From Moorellales bacterium (GTDB taxonomy: Bacteria > Bacillota > DSM-521 > Neomoorellales > SLTJ01), in assembly GCA_049719955.1 (NCBI GenBank), contig JBNARC010000001.1:1887-65886 (forward strand): DNA of 64,000 nucleotides, given 5' to 3'. The notes below the pieces were generated by a model. That model was not told the DNA's origin, did not search any database, and was given only the letters and a program-made list of their open reading frames with translations. This document shows, piece by piece, positions 35,119-42,892 of the stretch. How positions within the stretch are numbered: the first letter of the stretch is position 1; the number at the start of each line of letters is the position of its first letter. The position numbers were made by a program, and so were the translations under genes.

Positions 35119-36663
35119 ATGCGGGTAGGGCGGGCGCGGTTGGGAGCGATTCTGCTGCTGGCAGCGTGGCTGGCAATGGCGGTTTGGCCTCGGCCGGCAC
35201 TGGCGGGGGGAGAAGAGCGGCTGGGGGGAGGCATAGGGGTCGGAAGCGAGTATAAAGAGCTTTTTGTTTTCGCCGGCCGGCCGGTGGTGCTAACCGGCCA
35301 GGCGAAGGTGAGCGCCAGTAGTGGCAGCAACGGTAAGGCTCAGGTGCGGGTGAGCCATAACCTCAAGAACGAGGCCAGCCAGGTCACCCTCACCCGCAGC
35401 TTATCTCTGGCCGGGGAAGAAAAGGAAGCCCTGGACGGCCGCCAACTGGTCACCAGCCTTACGGCCACTGCCTTCACGGAAAGCATCCGAGCGGGAAATC
35501 TCCGCTACACCCTCCGTCGTGGTCAACTCTCCTATACCCGGCTTACCGACCGGGCGGGAGGGGTGAACTACTTCACCAGTAACTGGAGCGGTACTAAGGT
35601 CTACGATTTTAACGGCAACCGCGGCACCCTTACCGTACAGATGTGGGGCCGGGGCATAGGCTACGAGCATGCTTGGGGCACCACTGAAACCCAGCATCTG
35701 GATCTGGTGTTGGATTTCGAAGGCCAGGTAGAAGAGCGGACCGCCGGGCGCCAGGTGACCGCCTATCCGGTGCAGTGGAGCGGTTCCGTCTCCCTGGATC
35801 TCACCTATACCCGTTGGCGGCGATTGGATTACCTGGAGAATGAAGCGGTGCCCATCAGTTTTGCCGGCGGCTATCTGGAAAGCCGGGGAGAGCAGGCTAC
35901 CCTGAAATATGAGGTAGACCTGCCGGTGCTAGATTCTTTGGGCCGGGTGGTGGCCGGAGGGCGGGTGCGGAACCAGGGCACCCTGGGACTGGAGTCCTCT
36001 CCTACTTACGCCCGGCTGCCGGTGCCGGTGCTGCGGGACCTGGAAGGGCACTGGTCCTGGCGAGAGGTCTTGCGGCTGGCCAGTCTGGGGGTATTTGCCG
36101 CCGGCGAGTATTTCGGGCCGGAACTGCCCATCACCCGAGGTGACTTCAGCTTAGCCTTGGCCCGGCTGCTTGAGTTGGAGCCCTCCCCTCAGCCGGCCGT
36201 ACCGGGCCTGGCCGGCTTGGCTCTGGCGAGCGGCCGATCCAGCCAGAGCTCTCCCTCTTCGCCTGCGTACCTGGACGTCCCGGAGGACAGCCCCTACTAT
36301 GGTGCGGTAGAGGCTCTTCGGCAGCGGCAGGTGCTGGCGGATAATAGCCTCTACTTCCGGCCCCAGGAAGGAATGACTCGGGCCGAAGCGGTGGCCCTGG
36401 TAGTGAGGGCCCTGGGCCTGGAAAGCCTGGCCGCCGCAGTAGTTCAGACCCCTTTCCAGGACGACCAAGCCATTCCTGCCGGTTGGAAGCGCGCGGTTTG
36501 GGTGGCGGAGCGTCTGGGACTGGTGGGGGGTACCTCCGGCGGCTACTTTCAGCCCCAGCGCCGCCTCACCCGGGGGGAAGCGGCCGCCCTGTTTAACCGC
36601 ACTCTAAGCTATCTTCAGGAGGGCCTGCGTCGGGACTACCAGAACTTGGTCTGGTTCCGTTAG
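35119..36663 (+). CDS. SLH-domain cell-wall protein (N-terminal beta-rich domain of about 300 aa plus three C-terminal SLH repeats)
   Basis: The signal peptide is MRVGRARLGAILLLAAWLAMAVWPRPALA. The three SLH-like repeats are LRDLEGHWSWREVLRLASLGVF...ITRGDFSLALARLL, YLDVPEDSPYYGAVEALRQRQVL...MTRAEAVALVVRAL and FQDDQAIPAGWKRAVWVAERLGLV...LTRGEAAALFNRTL. ATG 35119 follows GGGGGAG. Confidence 0.7.
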   Translation: MRVGRARLGAILLLAAWLAMAVWPRPALAGGEERLGGGIGVGSEYKELFVFAGRPVVLTGQAKVSASSGSNGKAQVRVSHNLKNEASQVTLTRSLSLAGEEKEALDGRQLVTSLTATAFTESIRAGNLRYTLRRGQLSYTRLTDRAGGVNYFTSNWSGTKVYDFNGNRGTLTVQMWGRGIGYEHAWGTTETQHLDLVLDFEGQVEERTAGRQVTAYPVQWSGSVSLDLTYTRWRRLDYLENEAVPISFAGGYLESRGEQATLKYEVDLPVLDSLGRVVAGGRVRNQGTLGLESSPTYARLPVPVLRDLEGHWSWREVLRLASLGVFAAGEYFGPELPITRGDFSLALARLLELEPSPQPAVPGLAGLALASGRSSQSSPSSPAYLDVPEDSPYYGAVEALRQRQVLADNSLYFRPQEGMTRAEAVALVVRALGLESLAAAVVQTPFQDDQAIPAGWKRAVWVAERLGLVGGTSGGYFQPQRRLTRGEAAALFNRTLSYLQEGLRRDYQNLVWFR

Positions 36664-36664
36664 C

Positions 36665-38203
36665 CTAGTCCGGGAGAAAAAGGTTGCCGCGGTTGAGAAC
36701 CAGGTTGGGATCCAGCGCCCGCTTGAGCTCGCGCATCTGCCGTACTCCCTCCTGCCCGTACATTAGGGGGAGGAGGTGCCGCTTTAGCTTGCCTATTCCG
36801 TGCTCGGCGGAAACGGTTCCGCCTAAGGAGACCGCCAGGTGTGCCAACTCCGTTACCGCCTCGGCGCACCGGGCAAGTTCGGTTTCGCTCTTGGGAAGCA
36901 GGTTGGTATGCAGGTGGTTCTGGCCGGCGTGGCCGAACACCACGTACTCTACTCCCAGGCGGCGGTAGGTTTCCCGATAGGCGTCAAACATTATTTCCTG
37001 CGCCTGATCGGGCACGGCGAAGTCGGTGCTTAACTTGTGCACGGGGGGGCAGGCTTTCTTGTTTTCGGCCACCAAAAGGTTCACCGCCTCGGGTAGGGCG
37101 TGGCGCAGGGCCCGCAGCCGCCCCCGCATCCGGGGATCGGTACCGGCCCAGGTGGCTGCCGGTGAGCTGCCGTGGGCCCGCAGCCGGAGCTCCCAGGCGG
37201 CCAGGATTTCTTCTTCCTCCTCCTCTTCTTCTCCACCGAAAAGTAGGGGCTGTTCGAACAGCACCGCCGCGCCCGCTTCCGGTAGCGGCGGATAGATTTC
37301 CGGGTCGCGCCGGTGGCGGAAGGCGTTTAGGAGGCGCAGGGAATGGGAGTCGAAGAACTCCAACGTCGAGGGGGTCAACTCCGGATCCCTACGGGCGGCG
37401 GCCACAAAGGCCAGGGCCGCTTCCTCGGTGGGGAAAAAGGCCAGTGCCTCCATGAAACCCGCTGGCTCGGGCACCAGCACCAGCTCCACCTCGGTAATCA
37501 CCCCCAGCGTCCCCTCGGAACCGATAAAGAGATCGATCAAGTCCATGTCCGGCCGGCTGTAGAACCCGGCGGCGTTCTTCACCGGTGGCGGCTCGTAGGT
37601 GGGCAAGGCGACCGAGAGTCGGCGGCCCGATAGGGGTATACTGGCCTGCCACCCGTAGGCCAGCAGTTCTCCCCGCCGCAGGGACAGCACTTCCCCGGTG
37701 GGCAATACTACCCGCAGCCCCCAAACGTAACCTCGGGTTTGGCCGTAGCGGAAGCTGCGGGCGCCGGAGGCGTTGGTGGCCACCGTGCCGCCGATTTGGC
37801 AGGAGGGTTCGGTGGGATCGGGAGGATAAAAGTATCCCCGGCGCTGGTTCTGAAAAGGCCTCAACTCCCGCTCGCTCAGCCCGGGAAGGTCGCGTTCCTT
37901 GAGGGCGCGGTTGAGTTCCGCCAGGGTCACTCCGGGCTGAAGGCGCAGAAGCCAGGCCTCCTTCTCCGGGTGGCGGATCAGCCCCAAGAAGCGGTTCAGG
38001 CGTTCCAGGCTGAGGACAATCCCGCCCTCCGGCACCGCCCCACCCACTGCACCGGTACGGCCCCCGGATACGGTGACCGGGGTGCAGCGCTCTTGGGCCC
38101 GGGCCAGGATTTGGGCCACTTCCTCTTCACCGGTGGGGAAGAGCACTGCGTCTGCCCTTCCGGGCCCGTAACGAGATTCATCACGCAGGTATTCTGCCAG
38201 CAT
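36665..38203 (-). CDS. FAD-linked oxidase (GlcD / D-lactate dehydrogenase family)
   Basis: It has an FAD-binding PCMH-type N-terminus (VLFPTGEEEVAQILARAQERCTPVTVSGGRTGAVGGAVP) and a C-terminus with SAEHGIGKLK. An acidic run GGEEEEEEEEIL is inserted. Confidence 0.8.
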   Translation of the reverse strand: MLAEYLRDESRYGPGRADAVLFPTGEEEVAQILARAQERCTPVTVSGGRTGAVGGAVPEGGIVLSLERLNRFLGLIRHPEKEAWLLRLQPGVTLAELNRALKERDLPGLSERELRPFQNQRRGYFYPPDPTEPSCQIGGTVATNASGARSFRYGQTRGYVWGLRVVLPTGEVLSLRRGELLAYGWQASIPLSGRRLSVALPTYEPPPVKNAAGFYSRPDMDLIDLFIGSEGTLGVITEVELVLVPEPAGFMEALAFFPTEEAALAFVAAARRDPELTPSTLEFFDSHSLRLLNAFRHRRDPEIYPPLPEAGAAVLFEQPLLFGGEEEEEEEEILAAWELRLRAHGSSPAATWAGTDPRMRGRLRALRHALPEAVNLLVAENKKACPPVHKLSTDFAVPDQAQEIMFDAYRETYRRLGVEYVVFGHAGQNHLHTNLLPKSETELARCAEAVTELAHLAVSLGGTVSAEHGIGKLKRHLLPLMYGQEGVRQMRELKRALDPNLVLNRGNLFLPD

Positions 38204-38285
38204 AACGGTTTTCGCTCCTCGGGCGTGCGGATAGAGGATTGATAAGATACTTTCGCCTTAGGGAGGATCACTCCCTTCCCGGGGC

Positions 38286-38312
38286 TAAAGTCGGGGCGGG
38301 TGGGGCCGATAA
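38286..38312 (+). promoter_or_regulatory. Sigma-28 (FliA/SigD)-type promoter upstream of flaG-fliD-fliS
   Basis: The sequence TAAAGTCG-N11-GCCGATAA (equivalently TAAA-N15-GCCGATAA) matches the consensus essentially perfectly. It lies 13 nt upstream of the flaG start candidate. Confidence 0.65.
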
Positions 38313-38324
38313 CCTATATTAGAG

Positions 38325-38714
38325 TTGTACGGCGTCGAGGGGGTAGGGGTCTTGAAGGTAGAAGGCGTGGATCAGGTGGTATTGGAGCGGATTCGGGCTC
38401 GGGCGGAGCAGGTGGAAGTTACCCAGACCCGGGACCTGCGCATTCGCAGCGAGGAGCAGCAGGAACAGGAGCGCCGCCACGCCCAGGAGCCTCAGGAGCA
38501 ACTGCGCCAGGCGGTTCGGCAGCTCAACGAGGCGAGCGATCTCTTCAACATCCGGCTGCGCTTCAAGCTGGACCAGGAAACCGGCGAGATTTACGTGCTG
38601 GTGATCGACCGGGAAAAGGGAGAGATAATTCGCCGCATACCGCCGGAGAAAGTGCTGGAGATGGCCTACCGCATGCAGCACATGATCGGCCTCTTGTTGG
38701 ACGAGCTGGTTTAG
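38325..38714 (+). CDS. flaG: Flagellar protein FlaG
   Basis: The C-terminal segment LRFKLDQETGEIYVLVIDREKGEIIRRIPPEKVLEMAYRM is FlaG-like. The start is TTG 38325 or TTG 38352. Confidence 0.75.
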   Translation: MYGVEGVGVLKVEGVDQVVLERIRARAEQVEVTQTRDLRIRSEEQQEQERRHAQEPQEQLRQAVRQLNEASDLFNIRLRFKLDQETGEIYVLVIDREKGEIIRRIPPEKVLEMAYRMQHMIGLLLDELV

Positions 38715-38732
38715 GGCGGCGGAGGTGAGAGC

Positions 38733-40676
38733 ATGCCCACCATGACCATAAGCGGTCTGGCCTCGGGCCTGGATACGGAAGAGATTATAAAGCAGCTCTT
38801 GGAGTTGGAGCGCACTCCGGTAACGCGGCTGGAGAAGCGCAAGTCGGAACTGACGGTGGTCAAGAATGCCTGGAAGGATTTAGGTACCCGACTTCAAAGC
38901 CTTCTTAGTACCCTTACCGCCCTAAAACTGGAGTCTACCTTTAAGGCCCGTACCGTTACCTCCTCCAACAGCAACGCCGTTACCGCCACGGCTTCGGCTA
39001 CCGCTTCCGCGGGCATCTACCGGGTGTGGGTGGGCCAACTGGCGCAGGCCCACAAGGTGGCCACCCCGCAACCTAGAGTTTACGGTACCCCCCAGAGTCT
39101 GATTTCCTGGGACGGGTTTGATGATCCCGTCCGCACCGATTCGTACTCCAGCCTCAATCAATTGACCTTCCTGGGAACTGAGGATAAGGCCCTTCAGATA
39201 TCCGGGTCAAGCCTTTCCGGCTCCATTGAGACCGACCCGATTGGCTTTGATGCCCCTCAAGGCGGTCGCTTCACCCTTACCGCCACCCACACCCGCACGC
39301 TCAACGTGCGGTTTCGCTACGAATATCAGTATTACCGCACCGATACCGGCGCTTGGAGCGGCTGGGTCCCCTTCGCGGGATCCCCCTTCACCTACTCCAC
39401 CGGCGGCGGTTCGGACACCGTGACCGTTTCCGCGGAGATTCCCTACCCGGTCAGCCAGGTACGGGTTAGAGCGGTGTTAGAGAGGACTGACACCCAGGTT
39501 ATCCCCTTACTTCTGGGTTGGTCCTTGCAAGGAGAGGCGGCCGGGCCGGTTGCCGACGCCTCCACTGCTTTGGGCCTTTCCGGCCGGTTTTCTATCACCG
39601 TGGGAAGCGAGGCGGTGGAGGTTCAGGTGGAGAGCCATTATAGCCTTAACGACATCAAGAATGCCATCAACGCCGCTACCGTGCAGGGCAAAACCCTAGT
39701 TACGGCGAGCGTGATTGACAATCGTCTGGTGATCACCAGTAACACCGTCGGCGCCGCCGGACGGATGCGGTTCGAGGATCTGGAGGGCAGCGTGCTGCAA
39801 ACCCTTGGTCTGATCGACCCGGGGGGGAACCTGGCCGAAGGGGCAGAGATCCAGGCGGCGCAGGACGCGGTTTTATGGCTGGACGGCCTAAGGGTGACTC
39901 GGAGCGGCAACGTGATAAACGACGTGTTGCCCGGGGTGACCCTTAACCTGCTGGCGGTTACCGATACCAACGGCAACTCCCAGCGGGATCCGGCCGAAGA
40001 GGTGGCGCTGGAAGTAAAGACCAATCAGCAAGCGGCGGTAGAGGCGGTAAGGGGGTTCGTGGAGCAGTACAACTCGGTGATGGACTTCATCGCCTCCAAA
40101 CTAGGCAAGACCGCCACCGGCGAGCCGGGAGACCTTTTCGGTGACCCCACCCTGGCCCGCATCCAACAGAGTCTACGGGAGCTGGTCTTCCGAAAAGTGG
40201 ATATCACCGGTACCCCGTACACCAGCGCCGGCACCGTGGGCCTCAGTACCGGGGCCTACTATACCGGATCCCTCGGTTTTGACCGGAGCGGCAAGCTCAC
40301 TCTGGACGAGGCCAAGCTGGCCCGGGCCCTGGAGGAGGACCCTAACGGGGTTTATCAGCTTTTCGCCTCTTCCGGCGGACTGGCCCGGCGGCTGGAAGAT
40401 TACCTGAAGCAGTTGACCCGCCTGGGTGCCGGGACCAACCCGGCGGTGGGCGAGGGGGTAATCGGCACCAAGCAGAAGATGCTAGATCTCACCCTCAAGG
40501 ACATAGACAACCAGATCGCCCGCTGGGAGGACCGGCTGGCCCGGCGGGAGGAACAGTTGCGGCGGCAGTTTACGGCCATGGAAGCCATGTTGGGTAATCT
40601 GCAGAGCCAGGCCAACTGGCTTGCCGGGCAGATTACGTCATTACAGAACCTGAGTTCGCAGTCGAGGAACCGGTAA
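38733..40676 (+). CDS. fliD: Flagellar filament cap protein FliD (hook-associated protein 2), with an enlarged central region
   Basis: The N-terminus ISGLASGLDTEEIIKQLLELERTPVTRLEKRKSELTVVKNAWKDL is FliD-like, and the C-terminus has a coiled coil (IARWEDRLARREEQLRRQFTAMEAMLGNLQSQANWL). Confidence 0.85.
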   Translation: MPTMTISGLASGLDTEEIIKQLLELERTPVTRLEKRKSELTVVKNAWKDLGTRLQSLLSTLTALKLESTFKARTVTSSNSNAVTATASATASAGIYRVWVGQLAQAHKVATPQPRVYGTPQSLISWDGFDDPVRTDSYSSLNQLTFLGTEDKALQISGSSLSGSIETDPIGFDAPQGGRFTLTATHTRTLNVRFRYEYQYYRTDTGAWSGWVPFAGSPFTYSTGGGSDTVTVSAEIPYPVSQVRVRAVLERTDTQVIPLLLGWSLQGEAAGPVADASTALGLSGRFSITVGSEAVEVQVESHYSLNDIKNAINAATVQGKTLVTASVIDNRLVITSNTVGAAGRMRFEDLEGSVLQTLGLIDPGGNLAEGAEIQAAQDAVLWLDGLRVTRSGNVINDVLPGVTLNLLAVTDTNGNSQRDPAEEVALEVKTNQQAAVEAVRGFVEQYNSVMDFIASKLGKTATGEPGDLFGDPTLARIQQSLRELVFRKVDITGTPYTSAGTVGLSTGAYYTGSLGFDRSGKLTLDEAKLARALEEDPNGVYQLFASSGGLARRLEDYLKQLTRLGAGTNPAVGEGVIGTKQKMLDLTLKDIDNQIARWEDRLARREEQLRRQFTAMEAMLGNLQSQANWLAGQITSLQNLSSQSRNR

Positions 40677-40754
40677 GGCGATCCAAGCGCCTATAGCGGC
40701 ATAAAGGGGGGAAGACCCTACCGGCTCCTTCCCGGCGGCGGTAGGGAGCGTGCC

Positions 40755-41174
40755 ATGTATGCTCAGCAGGCCTATCAGGCTTATCAGGAGAACCAGGTTC
40801 AGACCCAGCCTCAGGAGAAGCTGGTGCTAATGCTTTATGAGGGAGCTCTGCGTTTTATAAAGCAGGCCCAGGAAGCGGTGGCGGCCAAGAAGTACGACCA
40901 GACCAGTTATTTCCTGGGCCGGGCGCAGGACATATTGAGCGAGTTGATGCTTACCCTCAACCTGGAAGTAGGGGAAATTGCCCACCGTCTTTACGCCCTG
41001 TACGACTTTATGTACCGACACTTGGTGCAGGCCAACCTAAGGAAGGATCCGCAGATGATGGCCGAGGTCTACCGGCTGTTGAGCGAGCTGCGCGACACCT
41101 GGGAGGAGGCCACGCGGCGCCACCACAGCCACAATTACCTTACCCGTCCTGGCGGCCTGGAGGGCCACAGCTAA
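40755..41174 (+). CDS. fliS: Flagellin-specific chaperone FliS
   Basis: The sequence AYQENQVQTQPQEKLVLMLYEGALRFIKQA...GEIAHRLYALYDFMYRHLVQAN is typical of FliS. Confidence 0.9.
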   Translation: MYAQQAYQAYQENQVQTQPQEKLVLMLYEGALRFIKQAQEAVAAKKYDQTSYFLGRAQDILSELMLTLNLEVGEIAHRLYALYDFMYRHLVQANLRKDPQMMAEVYRLLSELRDTWEEATRRHHSHNYLTRPGGLEGHS

Positions 41175-41202
41175 GGGGTGTAGGACGACGGCGTGGGAGA
41201 GG

Positions 41203-41592
41203 GTGGAATTGTTGTTAGAGGAAGAGGCAGAGCGGCGGATAGCGGAGCTGAAGCGTTTGGTGGCGGAGCAGGGCGAGATGCTGCGTCAAGGCCGGTGGGA
41301 GGTAGCCCTTTACCGGCAGGAAGAGTTGCGGAAGCGGCAGGAGGAACTGGCGCCTCTTCTGGCCGCGGTGGTTGGCGCCGGCAAGGCGGAAACGGCGGAG
41401 AAGCTAGCGGGCCTCCTGGAAGAGATTCTGTTGGAGGTCCGGCGGCAGCAGTCCGCCTCGAGGATCCTACAGGAGGAACTGAAGGAAGAGGTGACGGGCC
41501 TTGCGGCCTGGCGGCGCCGGCTGCCCGGTTTAGGAGCTACCATCCGCGCCCTCTCTTCCGGAGCCGGAAGCTGTATCGATGAGCGGGGCTAG
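41203..41592 (+). CDS. Hypothetical helical protein occupying the FliT position
   Basis: It is a Glu/Leu/Arg-rich helical ORF directly after fliS. An overlapping alternative frame (41193..41582) is Gly/Arg-rich and less protein-like. The assignment is by position only. Confidence 0.35.
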   Translation: MELLLEEEAERRIAELKRLVAEQGEMLRQGRWEVALYRQEELRKRQEELAPLLAAVVGAGKAETAEKLAGLLEEILLEVRRQQSASRILQEELKEEVTGLAAWRRRLPGLGATIRALSSGAGSCIDERG

Positions 41593-41785
41593 TTCATCCC
41601 TCCCTAAACCCCAGGTCGGCATAACCCTTCGATTTATCCGGTACCGTTTAGAAACCTACCCCTCACCAAGACCCCCTTACTCCTTCCGTCGACAAAGTAT
41701 CCTGCAAGGGGACAAAAATGTTTGTCCGGCGGAAGGATTTTCTTTCCCTGTGTGGAATATTTAGTCGAAACATTTATAGAGAGGC

Positions 41786-41886
41786 GGCATTCACCGCTAA
41801 GGGCAAACTGCTCGAAAGGGCAGGGCGCAAAGCTTCGGGTCTAAGGCCCCTGCGGGGCTAAGACTGCCGGGTTGCCGGGGAATGGC
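41786..41886 (+). promoter_or_regulatory. c-di-GMP-I (GEMM-I) riboswitch aptamer upstream of the flgB operon
   Basis: UAAGGGCAAACUGCUCGAAAGGGCAGGGCGCAAAGCUUCGGGUCUAAGGCCCCUGCGGGGCUAAG shares the same conserved core as the copy at 17693. The P1-like pairing is CATTC.CCG (41888-41896) with CGG.GAATG (41876-41884). Confidence 0.8.
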
Positions 41887-41893
41887 GTAAGGT

Positions 41894-41925
41894 CCTACCA
41901 TGCCCGGCGGTAGGTCTTATTTATT
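41894..41925 (+). terminator. Candidate intrinsic terminator / expression platform of the flgB riboswitch
   Basis: A short hairpin CCTACC-ATGCCCGGC-GGTAGG is followed by TCTTATTTATT and sits just before the flgB RBS GGAGGG. The stem is only 6 bp, so this is tentative. Confidence 0.4.
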
Positions 41926-41937
41926 GGAGGGACAGGC

Positions 41938-42345
41938 ATGGACCTGCTAGGCGGACGGAATTGGGAGGTGCTGCAAAGGGCGCTGGCGGCTTACAGCCTG
42001 CGGCAGCGGGTTATTGCCCATAACGTGGCCAATCTCAACACTCCCGGATACAAGAAATACCGGGTGGGCTTCGAGGAAGAGCTGCGGGCGGCCCTAAGCC
42101 GCGGCGACCTATCGCTCTATCGCACCCACCCTCGGCACCTGGATCCGCGCCCGGCGTTGGAGGAGGTGGAGCCTAGGGTGGTACGAGAGACCAACACCTC
42201 CTCGCGGCCGGACGGCAACAACGTGGACCTCACCGAGCAAATGGTGCAACTGGCCGCCAACCAGCTCTGCTATCAGGTAGCGGCCCAGGCGGCCAGCGGG
42301 TACCTGGCGCGGTTGCGCCTGGTTATCACCGGCGGGCGGCGCTAG
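41938..42345 (+). CDS. flgB: Flagellar basal-body rod protein FlgB
   Basis: It has RQRVIAHNVANLNTPGYKK and the C-terminal NNVDLTEQMVQLAANQLCYQ. Confidence 0.9.
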   Translation: MDLLGGRNWEVLQRALAAYSLRQRVIAHNVANLNTPGYKKYRVGFEEELRAALSRGDLSLYRTHPRHLDPRPALEEVEPRVVRETNTSSRPDGNNVDLTEQMVQLAANQLCYQVAAQAASGYLARLRLVITGGRR

Positions 42346-42401
42346 GTTTGCCGCCCGGTGGGATACGATATGGCGGGGGAGATTTAGGAGGTGTAGTTCA
42401 T

Positions 42402-42815
42402 ATGGAACTGCTACCGGGGTGGGCCATCAGCGCCTCCGGTTTGGCCGCCGAGCAACTGCGGCTGGACCTGGTGGCCAGCAATTTAGCCAACCTGCATACC
42501 ACCCGGGCGGCGGACGGCGGTCCCTACCGGCGGCGGGTGGCGGTGTTCGCCGAGAAACTGGAGGCCGCCCACCGGTTTGCCGGTCGAGGGGTGCGGGTGG
42601 TGGGTATTTGGGCGGATACTTCACCTCCGCAACTGGTCTATGATCCCTCGCACCCGGACGCCGATGCTCGGGGCTACGTGGCCTTTCCTAACGTGAACGT
42701 GGTGAACGAGATGGTGGATCTTATCACCGCCACCCGCGCCTACGAGGCGAACGTGACGGTGTTTAGTGCCGCCAAGTCCATGGCCGCTAAGGCCCTGGAG
42801 ATCGGTCGGGCGTAG
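42402..42815 (+). CDS. flgC: Flagellar basal-body rod protein FlgC
   Basis: It has ISASGLAAEQLRLDLVASNLANLHTTR and YVAFPNVNVVNEMVDLITATRAYEANV. ATG 42402 follows GGAGG. The track start is 42348. Confidence 0.9.
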   Translation: MELLPGWAISASGLAAEQLRLDLVASNLANLHTTRAADGGPYRRRVAVFAEKLEAAHRFAGRGVRVVGIWADTSPPQLVYDPSHPDADARGYVAFPNVNVVNEMVDLITATRAYEANVTVFSAAKSMAAKALEIGRA

Positions 42816-42892
42816 AGGTTAGGAGGAGTGGCTGGCGGTACCGCCTGGGGGAAACCGGTGATACAACGGGAGAACGGAAGAGGTGAGCCCAA

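Noticed and set aside
37195-37245. A pyrimidine-rich TTC/CTC run on the plus strand might be a simple-sequence repeat or a regulatory tract.
   Set aside because: It is simply the coding sequence for the poly-Glu insertion (EEEEEEEE) of the minus-strand FAD oxidase. It has no variable-number or intergenic context.
41193-41582. An alternative 129-aa frame overlaps the FliT-position ORF.
   Set aside because: The product is Gly/Arg/Ala-rich and not protein-like. The +1-shifted frame (41203-41592) gives a helical Glu/Leu/Arg protein that is more plausible for a chaperone, though that call is itself low confidence.
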